Source: Phycisphaeraceae bacterium
GTDB taxonomy: Bacteria > Planctomycetota > Phycisphaerae > Phycisphaerales > Phycisphaeraceae
Reading direction: 5' to 3'
Assembly: GCA_020851395.1 (NCBI GenBank)
Contig: JADZCW010000013.1
Coordinates: forward strand, 1-40,027
Length of the DNA: 40,027 nucleotides
A program made the position numbers and the translations under genes. Each line of letters opens with the position of its first letter. Within the stretch, counting starts at the first letter, position 1. The notes below the pieces were generated by a model. That model did no database searches. It was not told the origin of the DNA and was given only the letters and a program-made list of their open reading frames with translations. This document shows, piece after piece, positions 1 through 9,445 of the stretch.

Positions 1-861
1 GTGACTCACCTGCTGGCCCACGACCCCTCGGACCCACTGACCGACGGCATGGTGGCGTGGCGGTATCGCCCCGGCACAGCCCTCGACGCCAGCGGCACGA
101 CCGAGGCGCTTCGGCTGGCCGAGGCGCTCTGGCGCGGCAGCGCGTTGTTCAACCGGCCGGCGGACCGCGATCTGTCTGTGTTGATCCTCCACGCCTATGC
201 CCGCCACGCGGCGGTCGACCAGAACATCTGGCTCATCCGCAACTACTTCAATCTCCAGACGCGCGCCTTCGCGACTAATTCCTATCTGGTGGATTATGAC
301 ACGGACCTGCTGGCGGAGGTCGCCAAGGACACGGGTGATGCGGCCTTGGCGGACGTGGCTGAACGATCTGCTTCGCTGATCCGCAAGGCGCTCGCTCCGT
401 GCGGCCTGCTGCACGAGATCGTTCAGCCCGAGGTGCTGACGCTCATGCCCACCCTCCCGGGGGCGGGGGGAGGCGTTGCCTTCTCGCCCAACGACATCAT
501 CCACCTGGGCAACTCGGCCACCGTGGCGCGCGGCGTGGCGAAGTCAGCCCCCGAGATCGGCAGGCGGGTGTTGGCGTTCGCGACCGCCCGTCTGCCGGAC
601 TTGCGCGTGCACTACCTGGGCCGGACGGGCGAGAAGGTGTCCGCCGACGATGACTGGGCGGGCGGGGACGTGCTCGCGGCGCTGGCGCTGCTAGCCGACG
701 AGCTCGAGGATGGCGCTGGTCTGCGGACACTCCGTCCGATGATGCTGGAAAAAGCGCAGCGATTCGCGGAGCAACCCTCCGAGCCATTGGTGTATCAAGC
801 GACCTCTTTGTCGCGAGCGATGCAACGGATCATGCGGGCTTTTGACGGCAAATCACTATAG
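1..861 (+). CDS. hypothetical protein, 5'-truncated at window edge (family not recognised)
   Basis: Frame is open from base 1 to TAG at 859-861. Amino-acid composition is balanced (W, Y, F, N, K present), unlike the Arg/Pro-rich overlapping frames. Third codon positions are G/C-rich. No diagnostic motif recognised. Confidence 0.5.
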   Translation: MTHLLAHDPSDPLTDGMVAWRYRPGTALDASGTTEALRLAEALWRGSALFNRPADRDLSVLILHAYARHAAVDQNIWLIRNYFNLQTRAFATNSYLVDYDTDLLAEVAKDTGDAALADVAERSASLIRKALAPCGLLHEIVQPEVLTLMPTLPGAGGGVAFSPNDIIHLGNSATVARGVAKSAPEIGRRVLAFATARLPDLRVHYLGRTGEKVSADDDWAGGDVLAALALLADELEDGAGLRTLRPMMLEKAQRFAEQPSEPLVYQATSLSRAMQRIMRAFDGKSL

Positions 862-869
862 TTTCGCTC

Positions 870-1274
870 ATGGATCGCGGACGTCTGCACTGGGTGGTTG
901 TCACCCTCGGCGTGTTCTGGTTCGGCGTGTTCCTGCCGGCCCACCAGCGCGGCGCTGTCCAATTGCCCGGCCCCAAGCCGGCCGCGATCGCTCCCGGCGC
1001 GGCGGAGTGCACGTCGCAGATGACGGGACTCCCGTCCTGCTGCCGTCCGCGGCCCGTCGAGTCGTCGCCGACTTCCGGCCGCGGCCGGCCGATGCCGACC
1101 AGGTCCTGCGCGGTCTGCCACCTCTCCGAGCTGACCGTCCCGCCCCCGCCGTTGGTGATTCCTCCGCACCGGTTGGCCCTGCTGCTGGTGCTGCCCGTGG
1201 AGCGATCGCACGCTCCGGATCGTCTCGGGCCGTGCGTGACCTACCTCGGCCGAGCCCCTCCCCTCGCGATCTGA
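870..1274 (+). CDS. small hypothetical membrane protein with Cys/His motifs
   Basis: ATG at 870 lies 9 nt after the upstream stop. Nearly all third codon positions are G/C, as in the confident genes. Predicted N-terminal TM helix (HWVVVTLGVFWFGVFLPA) is followed by SCCRP and CAVCH motifs. No family recognised. Confidence 0.4.
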   Translation: MDRGRLHWVVVTLGVFWFGVFLPAHQRGAVQLPGPKPAAIAPGAAECTSQMTGLPSCCRPRPVESSPTSGRGRPMPTRSCAVCHLSELTVPPPPLVIPPHRLALLLVLPVERSHAPDRLGPCVTYLGRAPPLAI

Positions 1275-1375
1275 CGCCCTTCGCTCTTGTCCCTGTGTAG
1301 ATCCGTGGACCACGCCCGGCCCGGCCGGCGCGGTTCGTGTCGGCACGCGTCGTGCCCTCATCGAGGAGTCGCGTC

Positions 1376-2083
1376 ATGCGCGATCGGTGGCCTGTTCCAT
1401 CCTCTCGGCGCGTCGGCTTCACGCTCGTGGAGCTGCTGGTGGTCATCGCGATCATCGGCCTGCTCATGGGCCTGCTGCTGCCGGCGCTGGGCTCCGCACG
1501 CGCGTCGGGCCGGTCGGCCGTGTGCCTGAGCCAGATCAAGCAGATCGGCTCGGCGACGCTGATGTACGCCCAGGAGCACGATGACCAGCTGCCGCGCAGC
1601 TCCCACTCGGCCCTGGCTCACCGGGCGATGCCCTGGGGTTACGCCCTGTGCCCCTACCTCGGTGGGTTCGAGTATTCCGCCCCCGGCCCGGCCTGGGACG
1701 ACCTGTTCAACGGACTGTATCGCTGCCCGCAGGACACGCGTCGCGAGCAGTGGAGCTACGGCAAGAGCGTCTGGTTCGAGCTGACCGCCGGCGAGACCGG
1801 CGAGATCACCGGCTCACCCACCGGGCCGGTCTACCCCACGATCGTCACCGTCCCGCTGCCCTCGGGCACCATCTTGTTTGGTGAGCTGGCCAGCGGCTCG
1901 ATGGGCGATCACATCATGGCCCACTTCTGGTATTTCGGCGGCGCCCCGGAAGTGGACACGGCCCGGCACGGCTCGACGAGCAACTACGGCTTCGTCGACG
2001 GCCACGCCGAGTCGATGCCCTTCGCCGCCACCTTCAACCTTGACCAGGGCGTCGACCTGTGGAACCCCGGCACGGCGCGATGA
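1376..2083 (+). CDS. prepilin-type N-terminal cleavage/methylation domain protein with H-X9-DG motif (DUF1559-type pseudopilin)
   Basis: [17 protein letters not shown] is the class-III signal / N-methylation motif. C-terminal [12 protein letters not shown] fits H-X9-DG exactly. ATG at 1376 is preceded by GAGGAG (1362-1367). The track start at 1337 is an upstream GTG. Confidence 0.85.
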   Translation: MRDRWPVPSSRRVGFTLVELLVVIAIIGLLMGLLLPALGSARASGRSAVCLSQIKQIGSATLMYAQEHDDQLPRSSHSALAHRAMPWGYALCPYLGGFEYSAPGPAWDDLFNGLYRCPQDTRREQWSYGKSVWFELTAGETGEITGSPTGPVYPTIVTVPLPSGTILFGELASGSMGDHIMAHFWYFGGAPEVDTARHGSTSNYGFVDGHAESMPFAATFNLDQGVDLWNPGTAR

Positions 2084-2126
2084 GCCCCCCGGAAGTTTCC
2101 TTTTCACGAGCCCTATGGAGAGATTT

Positions 2127-2798
2127 ATGCGTGTGAATCGTGTGTCCGTGATCGTTCTGACGTCGGCCTTGTTGGCCCTCCCATTCGCCCCCACGGCGGA
2201 CGCCGCCTACGTCATGCCCCAGATCGGCGGCGGGCAGGTCGGCATGATGGGCGCGCCGATGAAGCACACCGACGTCTCCTTCGACGGCGTGAACATCTCC
2301 CTGCACGTCGACGACACCGTAGCGACGCCGGCCTTGCGCCCGCTCGAGCCGCCGGACGAGTTCGATCCCTCCCTGGCCTGGTCGGTGCTGACGGACAGGG
2401 CGTACAACTTCCAGTACGCCTGGAACCCCGGCGGCTTTATCACTCTCCCGCAGGGAGGATCCATCTGGGTCGAGCGCCTGCATCATGACGCGGGGCTCGA
2501 GGTCTTCCTGCGTCCCCCGGCCGCGCCGGCCTACGCCCCGGTGTTCGCCGCCGACGGCGACCGCTGGATGTGGAGCGGCGCGATGCAGCACAACGCCTAC
2601 GCCGTGCTCAACCCGACGCAGAGCCTTTACACCGCGACGTACCGCGTCTACATCGGCGACATCACGACCGGCCAGCCGCTGGACGGTTACGGCAGCGCGG
2701 AGGTGACGTGGGAATGGACCGCCACGCCGGTTCCCGAGCCGGCGTCGTTGGCGGTGCTGATCAGCGCCGCGGCGATGCTGGTGCGACGTCAGCGATAA
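2127..2798 (+). CDS. PEP-CTERM sorting domain-containing secreted protein
   Basis: Signal peptide MRVNRVSVIVLTSALLALPFAPTADA. C-terminus VPEPASLAVLISAAAMLVRRQR has PEP, a TM helix and a basic tail. GGAG lies 5 nt upstream of ATG 2127. An alternative ATG is at 2115. The rest of the 1878 track ORF is upstream read-through. Confidence 0.8.
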   Translation: MRVNRVSVIVLTSALLALPFAPTADAAYVMPQIGGGQVGMMGAPMKHTDVSFDGVNISLHVDDTVATPALRPLEPPDEFDPSLAWSVLTDRAYNFQYAWNPGGFITLPQGGSIWVERLHHDAGLEVFLRPPAAPAYAPVFAADGDRWMWSGAMQHNAYAVLNPTQSLYTATYRVYIGDITTGQPLDGYGSAEVTWEWTATPVPEPASLAVLISAAAMLVRRQR

Positions 2799-2823
2799 CG
2801 CGACAGGCCATCGATGTTCCGAG

Positions 2824-2859
2824 AAGCCCGGAATCCGCATGATCCCGGGCTTTTTTTCT
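2824..2859. terminator. rho-independent terminator between convergent genes
   Basis: AAGCCCGG (2824-2831) pairs with CCGGGCTT (2845-2852), loop about 13 nt. A T7 run follows on the + strand (2851-2857). The site lies between the PEP-CTERM gene stop (2798) and the minus-strand AKR stop (2861). Confidence 0.6.
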
Positions 2860-2860
2860 C

Positions 2861-3862
2861 TCACCACGCGTAGGCCTGGGGCGCCTCGCCGCCGGGGCCG
2901 GGGAAGATGGCGTCGAGCTCCGCCAACGTCTGGGCGTCCAGACGCAGCTCCACCGCGGCCAGAGCGTCGTGGAGGTGCTCGATGGTGCGGGGGCCAATGA
3001 TCGGACCGGTCAGGTCGGGGTTGGCCAACACCCATGCCAAGCCGACCTGGGCGGGTTTCTGGCCGGTCCGCCGGCACAGGCTTTCGTAACGCTCGAGCTT
3101 GGGGCGGTGGCGCTCGAGGTTCTTGAGCGAGCCCTCGTCGCCGCGGCGGGCGATCTCGTCGAGCGACTCGATGCCCGCGAGCAGGCCGTTGTTCAGCGGG
3201 CTCCAGGCGATCGCGCCCAGACCATAGTGACGGCAGGCTGGCAGCACCTCCAGCTCCGGCGTGCGGCAGAGCAGCCCGTACTTGCTCTGCTCGCAGACCA
3301 GGCTCATCAGCCCGCGCTGCCGGGCGATCTGACAAGCGGTGGCGATGTCCCAGCCGGCGAAGTTGGACGAGCCGACGTAGGTGATTTTGCCCTGGCGGAT
3401 CAGCGTCTCGAGGGCCTGCCAGACCTCGTCCCAGGGCGTCTGGCGGTCGACGTGGTGCATCTGATAGAGGTCGACGTGATCGACGCCCAGCCGACGGAGG
3501 CTGCCCTCGGCGGCGCGGCGGATGTGGAAAGCCGACAGACCACGATCGTTGATGTCGGGGCTACACTCGATGTAACATTTGGTGGCCAGCACAATCCGAT
3601 CGCGACGACCGGGCCGATCCTTGAGCCATCGGCCGAGGATCTCTTCGGTCCATCCGGGATGACCGCCGACATCGGGGCGGGTGAAGAACTTGCCGTAGGT
3701 GTCGGCCGTGTCAATGAAGTTGACGCCCGCCTCGACGGCGGCGTCGAGGATGTCGCGCGCCTCGGGCTCGGGCGTCTGCGGCCCGAAGTTGACCGTGCCG
3801 AGGCAGAGCCTCGAGACCTTCACGCCGCTGCGGCCGAGGGGGAGATACTGCATGCTGTGCAT
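2861..3862 (-). CDS. aldo/keto reductase family oxidoreductase
   Basis: N-terminus MQYLPLGRSGVKVSRLCLGTVNFG, then FIDTADTYG, LATKC and IRQGKITYVGSSNF. This is the typical AKR (Tas/YghZ-like) pattern over the full 333 aa. Confidence 0.9.
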   Translation of the reverse strand: MHSMQYLPLGRSGVKVSRLCLGTVNFGPQTPEPEARDILDAAVEAGVNFIDTADTYGKFFTRPDVGGHPGWTEEILGRWLKDRPGRRDRIVLATKCYIECSPDINDRGLSAFHIRRAAEGSLRRLGVDHVDLYQMHHVDRQTPWDEVWQALETLIRQGKITYVGSSNFAGWDIATACQIARQRGLMSLVCEQSKYGLLCRTPELEVLPACRHYGLGAIAWSPLNNGLLAGIESLDEIARRGDEGSLKNLERHRPKLERYESLCRRTGQKPAQVGLAWVLANPDLTGPIIGPRTIEHLHDALAAVELRLDAQTLAELDAIFPGPGGEAPQAYAW

Positions 3863-4019
3863 CCGTGGGTTGATCGGCCGTGTTGGCGGCGAGTTTACAC
3901 CACGCGACCATCCCGCGACGGTCGGTCACGGCGACCGAATCAGGCTGAACGAGAAGGGCATAAAGTATCAAACAGTCTCAAGAAAGCGATCGATTTCGTT
4001 AACTTTATTCCGGAAGGTA

Positions 4020-4049
4020 TTGACGAAGCGAGCCGTGCATTGATATGGT
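4020..4049 (+). promoter_or_regulatory. candidate sigma70-like promoter for the oxidoreductase gene
   Basis: TTGACG (4020-4025), an 18-nt spacer, then TGaTATGGT (extended -10-like, 4041-4049). It sits in an AT-richer divergent intergenic region about 85 nt upstream of ATG 4133. Sequence resemblance only. Confidence 0.25.
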
Positions 4050-4132
4050 CGTTCCAACTTCGGGCCGGGTAACTGAGGGGCATTTTTGATCATCGGCATC
4101 GGCCACGGGATTCGGCCGGCCGGGGCAGGAAC

Positions 4133-5113
4133 ATGAGTTTACGTGCGGTCGTCATTGGTTCCGGCCAGGCGGGCCGGTTCTATGCTGCGGTCCATGCGCG
4201 CTGCGACGAAGCGCCGCTGGCGGCGGTCTGTGACACCGATCTCTCCGGCGCCACGCGTCTGGGCAAGCTGTACGGTGTCCCGGCCTATAACGACCTCGAA
4301 CGAATGTTCCGCGAGGTCGAGCCCCAGATGGTGTCGATCGCCAGCCCCGAGCGGCAGCACGCCGACCAGGCGATCACCGCGCTGCGGCACGGCTGCCACG
4401 TGCTTTGCGAGCCGGTGCTGGGCCACACGCTTGAGGCCGCGCACCAGGTGGCCGACGCCGCTCGCACCGCCGACCGGCGCCTGGCCGTGGCCATGCACTT
4501 CCGCTGGCTGCCGTTGATCCAGTGGATCAAACAGTCACTCGACGCGGGCTATCTCGGCCGGCCCATCTTCCTGACCATCCATGCCAACAGCTTCTGCTGG
4601 CACCCGATGCTCGACCTGATCCACTACCTGCTGGGCAAGCCCGAGTCGGTGCAGTCCGTCCAGCAGCATGAGCCGGGCCTGCTGGCCGACCTCTGGCCGG
4701 ACCGACGGAGCATCGTTCTGTTTCCCACACGCATGGTCACGGCCACCTTTTCCTACCAGCAAGGACCGGCGGCCGTCCTGACCTCCTCGGCCTACCAGCG
4801 CTACGACCGGGAGATGTTTGATCTCAAACTCGTCACCGAGCAGGCAACGCTGCGGATCGACAGCACGCGCAAGGACCGGCTCGCCGGCCAGCTCCGCATC
4901 GAGACAGCCACGGAACTGCCTCCGCTGCCCGCCGCTGACGCCGTGCCCAGCGACCTTCAGCATGCGGTGCAGCGATCGGTCGAGCTCTTCCTGGCCGCCG
5001 TCGAGAACGGCTCGCACCCGCCTGTCACGGCCGAGGATGCCTACGTCGCACTTCAGATGGAGCAGTCGGTCATCCGCGCCGACGGCAGCCCCTCCCGCGT
5101 GATGATCTTCTGA
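4133..5113 (+). CDS. Gfo/Idh/MocA family oxidoreductase
   Basis: N-terminal Rossmann pattern LRAVVIGSGQAGRFYA...AVCD. Also SIASPERQHADQAITALRHGCHVLCEPV, the EKP-like motif region of the family. Confidence 0.85.
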   Translation: MSLRAVVIGSGQAGRFYAAVHARCDEAPLAAVCDTDLSGATRLGKLYGVPAYNDLERMFREVEPQMVSIASPERQHADQAITALRHGCHVLCEPVLGHTLEAAHQVADAARTADRRLAVAMHFRWLPLIQWIKQSLDAGYLGRPIFLTIHANSFCWHPMLDLIHYLLGKPESVQSVQQHEPGLLADLWPDRRSIVLFPTRMVTATFSYQQGPAAVLTSSAYQRYDREMFDLKLVTEQATLRIDSTRKDRLAGQLRIETATELPPLPAADAVPSDLQHAVQRSVELFLAAVENGSHPPVTAEDAYVALQMEQSVIRADGSPSRVMIF

Positions 5114-5323
5114 GCCGGCAGTCATGGACGCCCATGGCACCCCGGCCCGGCATCACCCTCACGCCTCCTTTGATCGCCTGGCTGAGGGATTTTCCCGGCC
5201 ACTTGTCCCCGGCGGACATGGCCCTAGAATCACCGCACACCCGCACCGGCCTGGCCCCGCTCACCATCGAAGCGCAGCGGGCCTATTCCGCGGTGCGACA
5301 GCCCCATACCCCAGGAGACGCTC

Positions 5324-5827
<504 letters not shown>

Positions 5828-5860
5828 GCCCTGCGCCCACAACTCGCCAAATGCTCTCGA

Positions 5861-5889
5861 CCCCTCGCCCACAGGCGAGGGGTTTTTTT
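5861..5889 (+). terminator. rho-independent terminator of tpx
   Basis: CCCCTCGCC (5861-5869) pairs with GGCGAGGGG, followed by T7 (5883-5889). It lies 34 nt after the tpx stop. Confidence 0.7.
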
Positions 5890-5994
5890 CATCCGAGCCA
5901 AGGAAAATCGCCCCCGGCCCGCAACCTCCGCGATAGCATACGCGTATTCAACATCATCCCGCCCGATCCAACGATTGTCGCTCTGGAGATTGTC

Positions 5995-7539
5995 ATGCCG
6001 CACGATGGCACGTCGTTCAGCCGCCGCGAAATGCTCAAATTCAGCGCCGCCGCCGTCGCCGCCGCGAGCCTGCCCAAGGCCGTTCGCGCCCAGCAGATCC
6101 CCACCACCATGCCGACGGCCGCCACCCGGTCTTCCGGGGGGCCCAAGAACATCATCTTCATGGTCTCCGACGGCATGAGCATCGGCGTGCCGACGATGAC
6201 CGAGCACTTCAGCCGCCTCGTCCGCGGGCCCAAGACCTTCACCCACTGGCACGGCCTGCTGACCCGACCGGACGTGGCCCACGGCCTGTTCGACATGGCC
6301 TCACTCAACTCGCTGACCACCGACTCGGCCGCCGCCAGCAGCTCCTGGGGCTCGGGCTCGCGGATCTACAACGGCATGATCAACACGCTGCCCGACGGCA
6401 CCAAGCTCACCCCGCTGTGCCCTCTGGCGCGGTCGGTCGGCAAGCGCACCGCGCTGGTGACCACCGCGCGCATCACACACGCCACGCCGGCCGGCTTCGC
6501 CGCCAACCAGGCCGCCCGCGACGACGAGGACGAGATCGCCCCGCAGTACCTGGACGTGGTCGACGTCCTGCTCGGCGGCGGGCACAAGCATTTCTCGTCC
6601 GACACGCGCAAGGACAAGGCGGATCTCTTCGCCGCGTACCGTGACAAGGGCTACACGATCTTCAAACAGCGCAGTGATATCGCCCCGGGCCAGAAGCAGG
6701 CCAAGGTTCTGGGCGTCTTCGCTGACGGGCACATGCCCTACACCCTCGACACCAACAGCGACCCCGAGCTCGCCGCCCGCACGCCGACGCTCGCCGAGAT
6801 GGCCAGCTACGCCCTGGATTGCATGGCCGACGCGCCTGACGGGTTCCTGATGCAGATCGAGGGCGCCCGCATCGACCACGCCGCCCACGCCAACGACGCC
6901 GGGGCGATCCTGTGGGACCAACTCGCCTTCGACGACGCCATCGGCGTGGTGCTCCAGTTCGTGCGGGAGCACCCCGACACGCTGGTGATCATCACGTCGG
7001 ACCACGGCAACTCCAACCCCGGCCTGCGCGGCATCGGGCAGAGCTACCGCGATACCAACGCGGCCTTCGAGAAGGTCGCCCTGGCTCGTCAGTCCTACGA
7101 GGTCATGCTCCCGCAGTTCTACAGGGCGGCCGAGGGCCGGGCGGGGGTGCCGACCGACGCGGTGATCGAGATCGTCCGCAAGGGCACGGGCGTGGAGTTG
7201 ACGTCCGAGCAGGCGCAGGCCGTCGCCCTGGGTGTCGAGGGCAAGGGCCACGGCGGGCTCAACCAGCAGACGGACAACTACTACGGCGCGCTCGGCGAAC
7301 TGGTCGGCAACACCAACGGCATCGGCTGGACCGGCACGACCCACACCTGCGACTGGACGCTCTTATCGGCCCTGGGCCCGGGGCAGGACGCCTTCGTCGG
7401 GCTGCATCGCAACGTCGAGGCGTTCAGCATCCTCACGCGATACATGGGTATGGACTTCGCCAATCCTTCGATGACGCTCGAAGATGCCCGCCAGCACGCG
7501 ATGGCCGGTCCGACGCGCCGGACTGTCGACTGGGCATAA
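5995..7539 (+). CDS. alkaline phosphatase (PhoA family) with Tat signal peptide
   Basis: Twin-arginine signal FSRREMLKFSAAAVAAASLP. KNIIFMVSDGMSIG (metal/Ser nucleophile region), RITHATPAGF, DHAAHAN and ITSDHGNS motifs of the alkaline phosphatase family. ATG at 5995 is in frame with the 5851 track ORF. Confidence 0.85.
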   Translation: MPHDGTSFSRREMLKFSAAAVAAASLPKAVRAQQIPTTMPTAATRSSGGPKNIIFMVSDGMSIGVPTMTEHFSRLVRGPKTFTHWHGLLTRPDVAHGLFDMASLNSLTTDSAAASSSWGSGSRIYNGMINTLPDGTKLTPLCPLARSVGKRTALVTTARITHATPAGFAANQAARDDEDEIAPQYLDVVDVLLGGGHKHFSSDTRKDKADLFAAYRDKGYTIFKQRSDIAPGQKQAKVLGVFADGHMPYTLDTNSDPELAARTPTLAEMASYALDCMADAPDGFLMQIEGARIDHAAHANDAGAILWDQLAFDDAIGVVLQFVREHPDTLVIITSDHGNSNPGLRGIGQSYRDTNAAFEKVALARQSYEVMLPQFYRAAEGRAGVPTDAVIEIVRKGTGVELTSEQAQAVALGVEGKGHGGLNQQTDNYYGALGELVGNTNGIGWTGTTHTCDWTLLSALGPGQDAFVGLHRNVEAFSILTRYMGMDFANPSMTLEDARQHAMAGPTRRTVDWA

Positions 7540-7572
7540 TCCCAGGACGATCCTTCCCTCCAAAGAGACAGA

Positions 7573-7600
7573 GCAGTCCGCTTGCGGCTGCTTGTTGTCT
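7573..7600 (+). terminator. probable rho-independent terminator of the alkaline phosphatase gene
   Basis: GCAGTCCG / CGGCTGC stem with one bulge, followed by a T-rich tract TTGTTGTCTT. It lies 34 nt after the stop. Confidence 0.45.
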
Positions 7601-7886
7601 TGAAGATTTTCTTGTCAGCCGATCCACCGCCCCTTGCCTTGGCCCTGACAGGCGGCTACTTTTTTCGCGATATCCGTGTCATGGGTGTCGTGCCCGCCTC
7701 GGGCGGAGAAACAAAGCGCACGACCCGACGCCACCGGCTCCTTCGCACCCCTTTCCGTTAGGTCACTTCGTCCATCCGCGGCGAAAGCACAACAGAGAAC
7801 GCCTGTTGATCCACAACCAAGCACGACGTGTCCGCCCTGCCGATGTCGGCAGGACGACGCTCACGTCACCCGATAAGGAACCGTTT

Positions 7887-8669
7887 ATGGGGATGAATTC
7901 GGCTTCTATCGCGACCACCGTCCGCCCGTCGCGCGTGGTGCCCTTCAAAGCTGCGCGGTGGTTCTACCCCGCCGCCGGCGTGCTGATGCTGATCTACACG
8001 ATCGTCGGCTTCCAGCTCTTCTACTTCCACGGCCGGGCCTATCCCGGTCGGGAGATCACCCCGCCGATCCGCACGCTCGTGATCACGCACGGCGTGGCGA
8101 TGGCGCTGTGGATCATCCTGGGCATCGTCCAGCCCACGCTGGTGGCGATCAAGAAATACAAGGTCCACATGACCCTGGGCTGGTTCGGCGTGGCGCTGGC
8201 GGCGGCGGTCTTCGTGCTGGGGTTGATGATCGGCGTGCAGTCGGCTCGCTACGCCCCGCCCGGGGCGACGATCATGGGCTACACTGCCAAGCAGTTCATG
8301 GCCGTGCCGCTGATCTCGGCGGTGGCCTTCGCGATCCTGGTCGCTGTCGGGGTGTGGAAGCGCAAGCGCCCCATGATCCACAAGGCCATGATGCTCACCG
8401 CCACGCTGGCGACGATCTCGGCGGCGCTCAACCGCATCGACGGCCTGAACAACCTCTACTTCGGCACGTTCCTCGAGCCCCTCTTCGGGCCGTCCCTCTT
8501 CGCGGTGGTCACGGCCGGCGTGCTGCTGCTGATCCGCAGCGTGCTGATCAAGTCATTCGACCGCTGGCTGGCGGTGGGGTTTGTCGTGCTGACGGCCATC
8601 GCGCTGATGATCCCGATCGTCGCCCGCACGTCAGCTTGGGACGCCTTCGCGTCGATGCTGGTGCACTAG
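7887..8669 (+). CDS. integral membrane protein, unknown function (about 7 TM helices)
   Basis: ATG at 7887 is preceded by AAGGAA (7875-7880). The product consists of successive hydrophobic helices (e.g. AAGVLMLIYTIVGFQLFYF, VAMALWIILGIVQPTLVAI). The upstream part of the 6912 track ORF is an out-of-frame shadow of the phosphatase gene plus intergenic read-through. Confidence 0.7.
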   Translation: MGMNSASIATTVRPSRVVPFKAARWFYPAAGVLMLIYTIVGFQLFYFHGRAYPGREITPPIRTLVITHGVAMALWIILGIVQPTLVAIKKYKVHMTLGWFGVALAAAVFVLGLMIGVQSARYAPPGATIMGYTAKQFMAVPLISAVAFAILVAVGVWKRKRPMIHKAMMLTATLATISAALNRIDGLNNLYFGTFLEPLFGPSLFAVVTAGVLLLIRSVLIKSFDRWLAVGFVVLTAIALMIPIVARTSAWDAFASMLVH

Positions 8670-8686
8670 AAGCGGGACAGATTCCG

Positions 8687-9343
8687 TCAGGCCTTCGCCA
8701 CGGGCCGCGTCTGCCGGGCCGCCTCGTAGCGGTCGCGCAGCTCGTCGGTCTCCGTGACGCACATGTTCATGTCGCGCAGCAGGCCGTCCTCGAGGCTGTA
8801 GATCCAGCCGTGGACGGACACGGGCTGCGAACGCGCCCAGGCCTCCCGAATGATCGGTGTCCGACAGACATTGGACACCTGCTCGATGACGTTGAGCTCG
8901 CAGAGGCGGTCGTGGCGATCTTTCTCGGTGGGCAGGTGGTCGAGCTGGTCGCGGTTCTTGTCGCGGATCTTGGCCACGTGGTCGAGCCACTGGTCGGCCA
9001 GACCCAGCTTATCGCCGCGAAGGGCCGCCCCCACGCCGCCGCAGCCGTAGTGGCCGCAGACGATCACGTGCCGGACCCGCAGCACGTCGACCGCGTACTG
9101 GAGCACCGAGAGGCAGTTGATGTCGCCTTCGACCACGATGTTGGCTACGTTGCGATGCACGAACAGATCGCCCGGCAGGAGCCCGACGATCTGATTCGCG
9201 GGCACGCGGCTGTCGGCACAGCCGATCCATAAGTACTCAGGACGCTGCTGGTTGAGCAGCCGGCGGAAGAACTCCGGGTCGCCCCGGAGCATGCTCTCGG
9301 ACCAGGCCCGGTTATTCGCGAACAGCCGGCTGAGTGTGCGCAT
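8687..9343 (-). CDS. can: beta-class carbonic anhydrase
   Basis: WIGCADSRVP, LFVHRNVAN and VCGHYGCGGV are the Cys/Asp/Arg and His/Cys zinc ligand motifs. MRTLSRLFANNRAW aligns with the E. coli Can N-terminus, favouring ATG 9343 over ATG 9370. Confidence 0.9.
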   Translation of the reverse strand: MRTLSRLFANNRAWSESMLRGDPEFFRRLLNQQRPEYLWIGCADSRVPANQIVGLLPGDLFVHRNVANIVVEGDINCLSVLQYAVDVLRVRHVIVCGHYGCGGVGAALRGDKLGLADQWLDHVAKIRDKNRDQLDHLPTEKDRHDRLCELNVIEQVSNVCRTPIIREAWARSQPVSVHGWIYSLEDGLLRDMNMCVTETDELRDRYEAARQTRPVAKA

Positions 9344-9445
9344 GGGTGTCCTCGCGTGGGCGTTCGCCATCCCGCCGAACCTCGTCGGCCGGGTCCCGGG
9401 GAGGGTGTTTATGGTATGCCTGTGACCGAGGCTCTTCCACGCGAG

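Noticed and set aside
2034-4072. Long ORFs 2034-3335 (-) and 2969-4072 (+) overlapping the PEP-CTERM and aldo/keto reductase genes
   Set aside because: They are antisense or out of frame relative to genes with strong motif support, and they have low-complexity Arg/Pro/Gly composition.
6243-6260. Sigma-54-like TGGCAC-N5 element (also at about 4597 and about 14821)
   Set aside because: All occurrences lie inside coding sequences. None has the downstream TTGC half-site at the correct spacing. They are chance matches in GC-rich DNA.
6912-7886. N-terminal 325 aa of the 585-aa track ORF 6912-8669
   Set aside because: This part is an out-of-frame overlap of the alkaline phosphatase gene followed by read-through of the intergenic region, including its terminator. 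Only the segment from ATG 7887 (with AAGGAA RBS) encodes a coherent multi-TM protein.
7887-8669. Membrane protein (and the Wzy-like protein at 27059-28300) considered as the missing exosortase
   Set aside because: The 7887 protein contains no cysteine, and exosortases need a catalytic Cys. The Wzy-like protein has Cys residues, but none in the ACSG-like context I recall for exosortases, and its topology fits a repeat-unit polymerase. This needs an HMM check.
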